From Tenebrionibacter intestinalis (GTDB lineage Bacteria; Pseudomonadota; Gammaproteobacteria; Enterobacterales; Enterobacteriaceae): a stretch of DNA of 32,000 bases. The DNA is taken from assembly GCF_016632365.1 (NCBI RefSeq), contig NZ_JAEPBH010000028.1:7375-39374 (forward strand). The letters are read 5' to 3'. The position numbers and the translations under genes are program-made. Each line of letters opens with the position of its first letter. Within the stretch, counting starts at the first letter, position 1. Positions 1 through 9,152 of this stretch are shown piece by piece. The notes beneath the pieces were generated by a model. That model was not told the origin of the DNA. It saw only the letters and a list, made by a program, of their open reading frames with translations, and did not search any database.

Positions 1-1
1 A

Positions 2-3000
2 GGACTCGACGATCCGAAGCACCGCTATAAGCTGCGTTTGCTGGCGTCTTCCGCGTCTTTGCCGATGGAAGGCGCGGATGGAGAACAATCGAGAAAGTAT
101 CTACGCGATCTCTTCGCTCCCTTCGGCACTTGTCGCGATCCCCGGGATGAGGGCAGCGACTCTCCGGAATTCTGGCGTAACTGCGTCGTTGAGGGTACCC
201 CCTTCATACCTGAACCAGAAAGTAAAGTTGACGCGCGGCCTTTTGCCGCCCTGATGCGGATGGCGCTTACAGGTCAAGGCGACGTTGTCCGCCGCTTAAA
301 GATGACAGACGAGTTTGAGCGAGCTTTAGTTAACGCTTTTCAGGCTCTTGGCGTAAAAGAGCGAAATAGCCGTCAAGGCGTTAAGTTGGCGGCGGAAACC
401 GCAGCCGCGTTATTAACCAACGCCTGCATTGAAAAAAAAGGCGACAAGCCGCGCGCCACGTCTCCCAAGCATATCATCGACAAAATTTTTCTGGCGGAAA
501 GCCTGGATGGAGAGAAGGAATCTGAACTCGCGTTACGCGGATTAATGTTGTTACGCGCGCTTCCGGATTCCGTACTTGACTGCGATAAACCTGACGCCGC
601 TACGCCGGCTTTTCGCGCGCATACGTTCGTCAGAAATATTGAAGGTTTCTTCGCGTCGGTCTCGCCCGGAGAGCGAAAAGCGAAATTCGCCGATTTTTGC
701 CTAGAACGCGGCCTGTCGCACGCGCCTTCAACCTCACAAGAAAAGCGTGGTCGGCGTTTATTCGAAATGCTTTACTGCGAAGCTTGCGGTGATTTACTGC
801 TTGGTGGTCAGAGGGGACAAAATTGCGGAGGCGCTACGGTAGAACTATTACCCTCGACGACCAATCTTGAAAATCTTCCCGAACGTCCCGGCGCGGAATA
901 TTACGATGATATGGCGCTGGATGAGTTTGCGGTTTTCTGGCCTGTTGAAAAAACGCCCGCTCCCAGTGAAAAAGGATGGGATGTATGGCAGAAAGCGACG
1001 CTGAATCCTGTTACAGGCATTGTAACTGTAGGGCAAGAAACATCGCAGAAGAACGCAGAGGCGGTTCGCGGACATCTCTATTTTCAGAACCCGCCCCCGG
1101 CGAAAAAAGGAGAACCGGTAAAACCGCCTTCCGCGCAACCTTTTTGTTGCCCTAACTGCGGTATCGATTATTCCAGTCGACCGGCAACCAACCGCGCCAG
1201 AACGCCCATTCGCGCATTCCGTACCGGCGTGACGAAATCATCTCAACTGGTGGCGACGGAGCTATTCGAATTGCTGCATGCGATCGGCGCTGATGCGAAG
1301 AGTATTGTCTTTTCGGATAGCCGACAGGATGCGGCGTCGATGGCGCTGGAAATTGAACGTCTGCACTTACGCGATTTGCGAAGGGAAATACTGGTCGCAG
1401 CCGCCAGAGCGATGATCAGCGAGGCGGAAAAAGAATATATTCCAGAAGAAGAATTTAAAGAAAAAAGAGATAAAGCGATACAAGCTGGGGATGATGATGA
1501 ACTCGACAGGCTATATGAGCTCAAAACAAGGCAAAAAGGTATTGCGAGCCTTTGTAAATTCAGACGGGTAAAAATAGATAGCTTACTAGAGTCAGAAGGA
1601 GATTCTATCGGAAGAATATCCTCAGAATTGGCTGGATTGGGAATATCGCCTTACAAATATCGCCCGAGCGCTGATGGAGACGACACAACTGTCTGGCATA
1701 ACAATTTTGTAAAAGATAAACACATCGTTAAATACCACGAAAAACTTTCCTTGTCTGACAGGTTGGCGATCAAGCAGAGGATAATTGACGATCAATCCGA
1801 ATTAATAGATGACGTCATTTTCGCCAATACTTTTTTCGCGTTAGAGGAAACGGGTCTGGCGTATCCCTGCGTCTCGGATAACGAGGATACGCCCGAACTC
1901 GACGCCTGGTTAAGAGTCTTTGCCGGTGTTTATCGCATAAAAGAAAACAAATATGTCGATCCAGAACAATCCGACGGCTGGTACGTTGGAGAAGATATTA
2001 AAAAAGCGAAAGTCAAGCGCGTCGCCAGAGCCGTATTCGGCGACGACAAATATCTGGATAATTTGACGCTAGTCTTAAATCAGTTCGCTGATCGAGAGCA
2101 TACGGCAGGGCTATTCAATATTGGCAAATTGTTCCTCAAGGTAGCGAAATCAGGCGATCCCTACTGGCAATGCGGCAACTGTGGGCGGATCCACTTACAT
2201 TTAGGGTTTAAACGTTGTACCCGTTGTGCGGAACCGCTTGATATCACTCCCAAAGATTCTGTTGAAACGCTATGGGAACAGAATTTCCTTGGCAAACGCA
2301 TTGTACGCGGCGAACGGGACGGCGTTAAGCGATTTCGATTGAACGTTGAAGAATTGACAGGGCAGACTGATGACTTTTCCGATCGACTTCGTAAATTCAA
2401 AGGGATTTTCGTCGATAAGATGAGCGAACTTGAAAAACTGGACGCCGAGATCGATATGCTTGCCGTCACCACGACAATGGAGGTTGGCATCGATATCGGT
2501 TCGCTTCAGTCGGTTTATCAGGCCAACATGCCGCCTCAGCGTTTCAATTACCAGCAGCGCGTCGGTCGGGCCGGGCGGCGCGGTCAGGCTTATTCTTTTG
2601 TCATTACGTTTTGCCGTGGACGGACTCACGACGCCTATTATTTCGCCCATCCTCACGCGATTACAGGCGATCCGCCGCCCCCCCCCTTTTTGGCGGTAGA
2701 TCACGACGCTATCCCATTAAGGCTTTTGCGTAAAGTCTGGCTCAGAAGCGCCTTTAATCTATTGCGTGAAGAAGATAGCGAGAACGGGATAGATTTTCCT
2801 GGCGATAAACTTGTCCCGCCTGACGTTCATGGCGAATATGTTTCTACGCATGATTACTATTATGACGATAACGCGAACTGGGCTGAACGATTGCAGGGTG
2901 CGCTGGAAGCGACGCAGAGCATACGCGAACGTTTTATCGAAGCGTCGACGTTCGATCCGGAACAACGCCAGAATCTTCATTCCGCATTGAATGCCAAAAA

Positions 3001-4672
3001 AATAATCGATGAAATCGCCGAACTGAACGCTTACGCGCCTGACGACAGCGTGGGGCTCGCCCGTTTTCTAGCTGAATGCGGAAAATTGCCGATGTATGGA
3101 ATGCCGACCCGGGTACGCAATTTGTATCTGGGATTACGTGAGAAAAAAGGTCTGAACAACCAGACTGAATACGAATGGTCGACAATGGATCGCGATCTTG
3201 ACCTTGCGGTATTCGAGTATGCTCCCGGCTCGGTATTAATTAAGGATAAGAAAAAGCACAAGGTGATCGGCTTCACAGGAAATTATCGGGAACCGCATAA
3301 CCGGAATAATCGCGTGTCGGATCTCTCTACGGTGGGCTCGTGGCTGGAGTCATCCAGTCATGTCGCATTTTGCCCGGCATGCGGTTCCGCAAAGCTGGAA
3401 TTGCGTCAACCAGACAATGAAATTCAATGTAAGGATTGCGGCGCGCATATAAATCCTGACGAGTTCAAACTCTACATCACGCCTGCCGCTTTCCGTACGG
3501 ATTTCGAGCCCAAAGACGATCTGGATAGTTTTACCCGCATGTCTTTAAAGACTACCGCGACAGTATTAAACGAAGAAACTCCGACACACTGTGATCCCTT
3601 GATCATACGACGTGGAGAAGTCACTATACTGCGTCTTAACGACGGTCCTATTAATGGAGAAAAAGAAGGAGAACGTTTTACTGTCGACCTCACAAGCGAT
3701 CAAAAAGCGCCGGTTCCTTTCGTTGCTTACCGCTCGCCGATTAAAGGCGAGCAGGCGATTGATTCTAATTGGTTAAAAGAGCAAGATAATTCACGTTGGC
3801 GGCGTAAAGGCGAGAGCAGAAATTTCGGTCTGGTCTCCAGTAAGGAGACTGAATCGCTTCATCTCGAATTAACAAGGTTCGATCCTCGTCTTAATTTGAA
3901 TATGGTCGCCAGGTATGGCGAGCATATGCACTTGCCTACGCGAGCGGCGGCCATCAGCGCGATTCAGATATTAACGCATAAGGCCGCCCTCTATCTGGAT
4001 GTCTCGCCTGATGAGTTCGAAACGCTTGAACCTCGATTGCATTTTGGCAAACCTATACTGCAAATCGCAGACGCGTTAATCAATGGCTCAGGATTATGCA
4101 GACGTCTTGCCGAACCGGCGGTTGCCGGAAGTTCTCCCTTAATAATCAAATTGCTGCATGAAATTCTGAAAGATGAACGCGGCTGGCCGATGGTTGATTT
4201 TCTAAAGAAAGATCATCCAGTCCAATGTCGGACAGCATGTTACAAATGTATACAACGCTACGGAAACCGCCAATATCACGGCTTACTGGACTGGCGTTTA
4301 GGAATAGCCTATTTACGCGCCATGGTTATGCCGGAATTCGCATGCGGCCTGAATGTTGAAGACTGGAACCATCCAGAAATGAAAGGATGGAAAGAAAGAG
4401 CGTTTGAACTTGCGGAGGATGTCGAGGCGTTACGACCGGGGACTATCAAATTGTTAAAGGAACATTCTTTACCAGTTCTTGAAATAAATGATGGAAAAGA
4501 TCTTTGGCGCGCGGCTGTTACACATCCCTTATGGCAATGCCGGGACGCTGAACGTGATGCCCTAATTGGTTCTTTTGGATTAGATAATATAGGAGCGCCA
4601 TTACGATTTATCGACACCTTTGAACTGGAGAGACGGCCACTGCGCGCTTTGGCGAAACTTAATCGAGGTTAA
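2..4672 (+). CDS. Giant superfamily-2 helicase with C-terminal DUF1998/MrfA-type zinc domain, 5'-truncated by the window edge (DruE-like / fused DrmA-DrmB-like defence helicase)
   Basis: The frame is open from nt 2 with no stop before the first Met at 38, so the N-terminal RecA1 domain must lie upstream. Helicase C-terminal motifs are present: SIVFSDSRQDAA, TTTMEVGIDIGSL, QRVGRAGRRGQ. There are three zinc-ribbon-like Cys pairs (CEACG..CCPNCG, CGNCG..CTRCA, CPACG..CKDCG). The C-terminal signature CRTACYKCIQRYGNRQYHGLLDW is typical of DUF1998. Confidence 0.75.
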   Translation, partial: GLDDPKHRYKLRLLASSASLPMEGADGEQSRKYLRDLFAPFGTCRDPRDEGSDSPEFWRNCVVEGTPFIPEPESKVDARPFAALMRMALTGQGDVVRRLKMTDEFERALVNAFQALGVKERNSRQGVKLAAETAAALLTNACIEKKGDKPRATSPKHIIDKIFLAESLDGEKESELALRGLMLLRALPDSVLDCDKPDAATPAFRAHTFVRNIEGFFASVSPGERKAKFADFCLERGLSHAPSTSQEKRGRRLFEMLYCEACGDLLLGGQRGQNCGGATVELLPSTTNLENLPERPGAEYYDDMALDEFAVFWPVEKTPAPSEKGWDVWQKATLNPVTGIVTVGQETSQKNAEAVRGHLYFQNPPPAKKGEPVKPPSAQPFCCPNCGIDYSSRPATNRARTPIRAFRTGVTKSSQLVATELFELLHAIGADAKSIVFSDSRQDAASMALEIERLHLRDLRREILVAAARAMISEAEKEYIPEEEFKEKRDKAIQAGDDDELDRLYELKTRQKGIASLCKFRRVKIDSLLESEGDSIGRISSELAGLGISPYKYRPSADGDDTTVWHNNFVKDKHIVKYHEKLSLSDRLAIKQRIIDDQSELIDDVIFANTFFALEETGLAYPCVSDNEDTPELDAWLRVFAGVYRIKENKYVDPEQSDGWYVGEDIKKAKVKRVARAVFGDDKYLDNLTLVLNQFADREHTAGLFNIGKLFLKVAKSGDPYWQCGNCGRIHLHLGFKRCTRCAEPLDITPKDSVETLWEQNFLGKRIVRGERDGVKRFRLNVEELTGQTDDFSDRLRKFKGIFVDKMSELEKLDAEIDMLAVTTTMEVGIDIGSLQSVYQANMPPQRFNYQQRVGRAGRRGQAYSFVITFCRGRTHDAYYFAHPHAITGDPPPPPFLAVDHDAIPLRLLRKVWLRSAFNLLREEDSENGIDFPGDKLVPPDVHGEYVSTHDYYYDDNANWAERLQGALEATQSIRERFIEASTFDPEQRQNLHSALNAKKIIDEIAELNAYAPDDSVGLARFLAECGKLPMYGMPTRVRNLYLGLREKKGLNNQTEYEWSTMDRDLDLAVFEYAPGSVLIKDKKKHKVIGFTGNYREPHNRNNRVSDLSTVGSWLESSSHVAFCPACGSAKLELRQPDNEIQCKDCGAHINPDEFKLYITPAAFRTDFEPKDDLDSFTRMSLKTTATVLNEETPTHCDPLIIRRGEVTILRLNDGPINGEKEGERFTVDLTSDQKAPVPFVAYRSPIKGEQAIDSNWLKEQDNSRWRRKGESRNFGLVSSKETESLHLELTRFDPRLNLNMVARYGEHMHLPTRAAAISAIQILTHKAALYLDVSPDEFETLEPRLHFGKPILQIADALINGSGLCRRLAEPAVAGSSPLIIKLLHEILKDERGWPMVDFLKKDHPVQCRTACYKCIQRYGNRQYHGLLDWRLGIAYLRAMVMPEFACGLNVEDWNHPEMKGWKERAFELAEDVEALRPGTIKLLKEHSLPVLEINDGKDLWRAAVTHPLWQCRDAERDALIGSFGLDNIGAPLRFIDTFELERRPLRALAKLNRG

Positions 4673-4712
4673 AATTTAGCTTAGCGCTATTGGCCAATGT
4701 TCTAATTCAACC

Positions 4713-4740
4713 GAAGACGCTTTGTATGTGAAGCGTCTTC
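4713..4740 (+). terminator. Perfect 10-bp stem-loop between helicase and vsr (weak terminator or RNA processing/stability element)
   Basis: GAAGACGCTT (4713-4722) pairs with AAGCGTCTTC (4731-4740) around an 8-nt loop. No U-tract follows, so intrinsic termination is doubtful. Confidence 0.3.
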
Positions 4741-4766
4741 AATCGACAGTATAGCGAGGTTTTCTG

Positions 4767-5180
4767 ATGGATACAGTAACACCGGCTAAAAGAAGCTTTG
4801 TGATGTCCCGAGTTAAAGGGAAAGATACTAAGCCTGAGCTAATCGTCAGACGCCTCGTCTATCATGCCGGATTTCGTTATCGTTTATACGACCCTCGACT
4901 GCCTGGCAAGCCCGATTTAGTCTTTTGGGGAAAGCGCAAAGCCATCTTCGTACATGGCTGCTTTTGGCATGGTCATAAGGGATGTTGGCGAAATCGCATG
5001 CCAAAATCAAATCAGGAATATTGGTTTACAAAACTGGAAAGAAATAAAACAAGGGACTCCATGAGCTTATCAAAGTTACACGAAATGGGCTGGCGAACGT
5101 TGGTAGTTTGGGAATGCGAACTTAAAGAGACGGATATCCTGCTGGAAAAATTGAAAGCGTTTTTAATAGAGGATGCCTAG
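4767..5180 (+). CDS. vsr: Very-short-patch repair endonuclease Vsr
   Basis: 137 aa with Vsr hallmarks: RSFVMSRVKGKDTKPE, PGKPDLVF, FVHGCFWHGH, W..KL..N..RD. A GAGG Shine-Dalgarno lies about 7 nt upstream of the ATG. Confidence 0.9.
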   Translation: MDTVTPAKRSFVMSRVKGKDTKPELIVRRLVYHAGFRYRLYDPRLPGKPDLVFWGKRKAIFVHGCFWHGHKGCWRNRMPKSNQEYWFTKLERNKTRDSMSLSKLHEMGWRTLVVWECELKETDILLEKLKAFLIEDA

Positions 5181-5305
5181 ATAAGAAGCGACATTGTTTT
5201 TAACTGCCATATCGCAGGTAGAAAATGGTGGTCATTCTGGTGGTCTTGACAAAACTGGACTTTTAATTTAGCTTAATCTTCAGCCAGTTAATGGCAAAGG
5301 CGATC

Positions 5306-5322
5306 CCAGTCAGAGGAGCCAA
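5306..5322 (+). repeat. 17-nt direct repeat of the tRNA-Asn 3' end (island att remnant)
   Basis: CCAGTCAGAGGAGCCAA is identical to 6077-6093 of the complete tRNA-Asn. Its first 16 nt also match the two other tRNA-Asn copies. Confidence 0.85.
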
Positions 5323-5486
5323 ATTTCCGTTTTTACGCGCTCAGGCGAATCGCTATATGTTTTTGATTCAAAGAGTTAGCGTAAAGACCCTTCCGATGTG
5401 TATCTGTTTATTCTCTGCGCCAGGCAAAATTGGTGGTCTGTTTTAGGATCATTTCAGTTTGTTCCTGAAGTCACCGCCATATATCC

Positions 5487-5700
5487 CTTTCCGACGTAAA
5501 AATCCACAACCGCAAGCCTTCTGATATCTCAGTTATCGCTTCAACCAAAAAGAAACCCGTAACGCATCAGGCGCATATCCGCAGGTTTCGCTTTACTACT
5601 GGCGCAGAATATCAACCCCGCGCAGCAAGGTATGGGTATGAGCGAAAATTACTGACGCGGATTTACGGCCACGCGCTGGCGAAGGGGCTTACGGGTTAAC
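5487..5700 (+). pseudogene. Decayed N-terminal remnant of a P4-type integrase (lineage 1), frameshifted and internally deleted
   Basis: Translates in shifting frames as LSDVKIHNRKPSD / YRFNQKETR..GAYPQVSL / ..ERKLLT... This is the N-terminal arm-binding pattern of P4-like integrases. The nucleotide sequence is paralogous to 6212-6436. No intact ORF of 60 aa or more is present. Confidence 0.6.
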
Positions 5701-5969
5701 AATCTTTTTATTAATTTATGCCCCTTATCCGCCGCATCGGTTTCGATATGTCTAACCTGTATCCGCTAACCAGTTAAAAATCAATAAGACGCAGGTAATC
5801 AGCAGAGCGCCTGTTAGCGGCAGCGGCTATAATTAGCAATGCCGAATGGCTGCGCATTCAAAATCGCCTATAACCCTTTCTTCCATACGCCATAACTGCG
5901 CTGTCTACATTAATCCCCCTACAATTGCCGAATTTAACAGCAATCGATACACCAGGAAGTATGCGGGCT

Positions 5970-5998
5970 TTGACAAGCGCAACCAGCCCCGTTAATAT
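5970..5998 (+). promoter_or_regulatory. Sigma70 promoter of tRNA-Asn
   Basis: TTGACA (5970-5975), 17 nt, TAATAT (5993-5998), followed by a GC-rich discriminator (GCGCCCC). The same architecture precedes the two other tRNA-Asn genes. Confidence 0.65.
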
Positions 5999-6016
5999 GC
6001 GCCCCGTTCACACGAT

Positions 6017-6092
6017 TCCTCTGTAGTTCAGTCGGTAGAACGGCGGACTGTTAATCCGTATGTCACTGGTTCGAGTCCAGTCAGAGGAGCCA
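6017..6092 (+). tRNA. tRNA-Asn (anticodon GUU)
   Basis: 76 nt, TCCTCTGTAGTTCAGTCGGTAGAACGGCGGACTGTTAATCCGTATGTCACTGGTTCGAGTCCAGTCAGAGGAGCCA. It matches the enterobacterial tRNA-Asn as I recall it, with anticodon loop CU-GUU-AA and an encoded CCA. Confidence 0.97.
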
Positions 6093-6211
6093 ACTTCTTA
6101 TTTCTGTGCATCTTAAGATCTCAGTGATTTTTTTGAATCAGTGAGTTAGCGTAGAAATTTGCCCCGATATATACCTGTTTATCTCTTTACAACGGCAAAA
6201 CGCGTCGCCGC

Positions 6212-6436
6212 ATGCTTCTTTCCGATGCGAAATTACGCAATACCACGCCATTTGATAAACCCTTTAGTATCTGCTTATCAATCCGAACGGCTTACACCTC
6301 TGGTATCTCAAATATCGCTTCAACCGAAAAGAATCCCGTATCCGCATCAGGCGCGTCCCTCCGCTGGTTCTCTTTCCAGTGCATGGAATTAATATCCGAA
6401 ATACCGGAAAATGGCGTCAGGGCGGTACGACGGCAG
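6212..6436 (+). pseudogene. Decayed N-terminal remnant of a P4-type integrase (lineage 1), truncated at about codon 75 where it abuts a CRISPR repeat
   Basis: Frames read MLLSDAKLRNTTPFDKPF.. then ..WYLKYRFNRKESRIRI.. then ..ENGVRAVRRQR. This is an integrase N-terminus with frameshifts, sitting directly downstream of tRNA-Asn as in intact asn islands. Confidence 0.6.
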
Positions 6437-6465
6437 CGGATTATCCCGCTCGCGCGGGGGAATAC
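6437..6465 (-). CRISPR. Single degenerate type I-E repeat; the cas2-proximal array is reduced to one repeat and no spacers
   Basis: The minus strand reads GTATTCCCCCGCGCGAGCGGGATAATCCG, compared with GAGTTCCCCGCGCAAGCGGGGATAAACCC at 12897-12925. It lies 63 nt downstream of the cas2 stop. I found no second repeat at 61-62-nt periodicity in 6093-6436. Confidence 0.7.
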
Positions 6466-6528
6466 GCTAAAACATTTTTAACCCATCAGAAAGCCACCGG
6501 CATCCCCTTCTTTTTAAAAACAGATAAT
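6466..6528 (-). promoter_or_regulatory. CRISPR leader-like AT-rich segment between cas2 and the lone repeat
   Basis: 63-bp AT-rich sequence (..TTTTTAAAAAGAAGG..GGGTTAAAAATGTTTTAGC then the repeat, minus strand). It occupies the position of the type I-E leader. Confidence 0.5.
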
Positions 6529-7741
<1,213 letters not shown>

Positions 7742-7742
<1 letters not shown>

Positions 7743-8404
7743 TAACGCGCCCTTTTTATCAGCATCAGACCACAGCCCAGCGCTTTACTTTTACCTATGC
7801 CGCCAGACAAGGCCAGACTAAACGCCACCGGATCGGTAACCGTCAGTCTGCCGACATAATCCACGCTGCTAAACAACACAGGCTTTTCTCCCGGGCGTCG
7901 CACAAAACGGTGCTGCTCATAGGCCCGCACGCCGCTCCACAGGGCCATATCGTCAGGCAATATGGGTTTAAACCCGTGCCGCTCTCCTTGCCTTATCAGC
8001 CAGTCGGTCGCCGCCTGCTGCTGCAATGCCTGAATGGCTGTCGCATCCAGCCCCTGCTTTTTCGCCTGAAATTTTGCGTCCATCAGTACGTCGCTGCGCT
8101 TTTTCGCACGCGTTATCACCGGGTTGGCACGCAACTGAAAGTCCAACTGCATACCGCGATGTAACTGAAGCTGCCAGGGTTTGGTTTCGACGATAAACAG
8201 GTCATGACGCGCCAGCGGCGGTTCGGGAGATAAAAGATAAAAACATTGGTCATTTTCTCTGTGGAACAGAAAATCACGCTGTGTTTTTCCCGGAAAAAGT
8301 TGCCACAGCCACTGGTGCGAAACGTAAGGCTGGCACGCTCCCCATTTTTCCAACATTTGCGGCGTCAGCCGCGACAACATCAGGCGTACTCGTGATAAAT
8401 ACAT
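7742..8404 (-). CDS. cas6e: Cas6e (CasE/Cse3) crRNA endoribonuclease
   Basis: 220 aa with an MYLSRV.. start, C-terminal GIGKSKALGCGLMLI motif, and the expected operon position between cas5e and cas1. Confidence 0.9.
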
Positions 8405-9141
8405 CAGCCTCCCTCCACTGGCAGCGTGCCGACATAACAGACTCGCTCGCCAAACTGCCAGCGCTTGCGGCTTAGCGGATTATCACTGCACATGCGTTGC
8501 TCATGCGCAGGAATACTGGTTTCATCCGGATCGTCCCAGTAACACTCCGCACTTGCCTCTACTATCGGCGCTATTGCGTCATCCTTCGGCGCGGGCAACC
8601 TCTGCCCTGCCTGGGCCATAACATGGGCCAGCGAACCTGTTGCAAGATAGGGAAAAAGTGGCAGCGACAGCGGGCAGGCCTTGCGCCCCATATAGAGCGG
8701 GAAATGCGGTTTTTGTAAGGCGGTTTGCAGCGCCTGTAATGACAGCGGCGCCTGTGGCGTTGCGCGTACGGCCACATGATAGTAGGCATCACCGTAATAC
8801 TCGCGCAGTGTGACAACCGTCCCTACCTCTTGCGGGGCAAGCAGCAGCTCATCGCGCCGGGTTGCATAGAAGCGTTTTCTGTTTTCCCGCGGCATGCTGA
8901 CCGTATGATAGTCACGCAGCCTTGTCTGCTGTGAAAAACGTGGGCAAACGGCAAAATAGTAGTGTTGATTAAACGCGTTGAGCCGCTGCTCTTCATCGCG
9001 CCGGATACCTACCGCTGCGGCAAGCAACCCAAGCAAAGCCGAGCGCCCCGGCACCGCTGAAGAGTGGCGCATTTCACCTGTCGCCTCCAGGCCCCAGGAA
9101 GCCAGCGGCGCATAAAGCTGAAACACCAGATACTGTGTCAT
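8404..9141 (-). CDS. cas5e: Cas5e (CasD)
   Basis: 245 aa. The N-terminus YLVFQLYAPLASWG..RSALLGLLAAAVGIRRDE is typical of Cas5e. Operon position fits. Confidence 0.9.
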   Translation of the reverse strand: MTQYLVFQLYAPLASWGLEATGEMRHSSAVPGRSALLGLLAAAVGIRRDEEQRLNAFNQHYYFAVCPRFSQQTRLRDYHTVSMPRENRKRFYATRRDELLLAPQEVGTVVTLREYYGDAYYHVAVRATPQAPLSLQALQTALQKPHFPLYMGRKACPLSLPLFPYLATGSLAHVMAQAGQRLPAPKDDAIAPIVEASAECYWDDPDETSIPAHEQRMCSDNPLSRKRWQFGERVCYVGTLPVEGG

Positions 9142-9152
9142 GGTTTTGTCCT

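Larger units (their letters stand above)
1..5322. mobile_element. Right-hand end of a genomic island inserted at an asn-tRNA att site (left end and its tRNA/integrase lie outside the window)
   Basis: The block with defence-type genes (giant helicase, vsr) ends at CCAGTCAGAGGAGCCAA (5306-5322). This is a 17-nt copy of the tRNA-Asn 3' end, the kind of direct repeat left by P4-type integrases inserting into asn tRNA genes. By eye it is less GC-rich than the cas/amn/yeeO DNA. Confidence 0.6.

Noticed and set aside
25-4617. Minus-strand and alternative-frame ORFs inside the giant helicase gene (25-207, 848-1138, 1243-1524, 2161-2704, 2759-3276, 3472-3693, 4309-4617).
   Set aside because: All are nested in a 4.6-kb continuous ORF that carries clear helicase and DUF1998 motifs. 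They show no independent signals.
5226-5447. Recurrent TGGTGGTC motifs (5226-5250 and 5431-5440), considered as Chi-like sites.
   Set aside because: None matches the Chi octamer GCTGGTGG; the preceding bases differ.
6093-6436. Possible additional CRISPR repeats or spacers between tRNA-Asn and the lone repeat.
   Set aside because: I found no second copy of the CCCCGCG..CGGGG core and no 61-62-nt periodicity. The region aligns instead with the integrase-remnant paralogue at 5322-5700.
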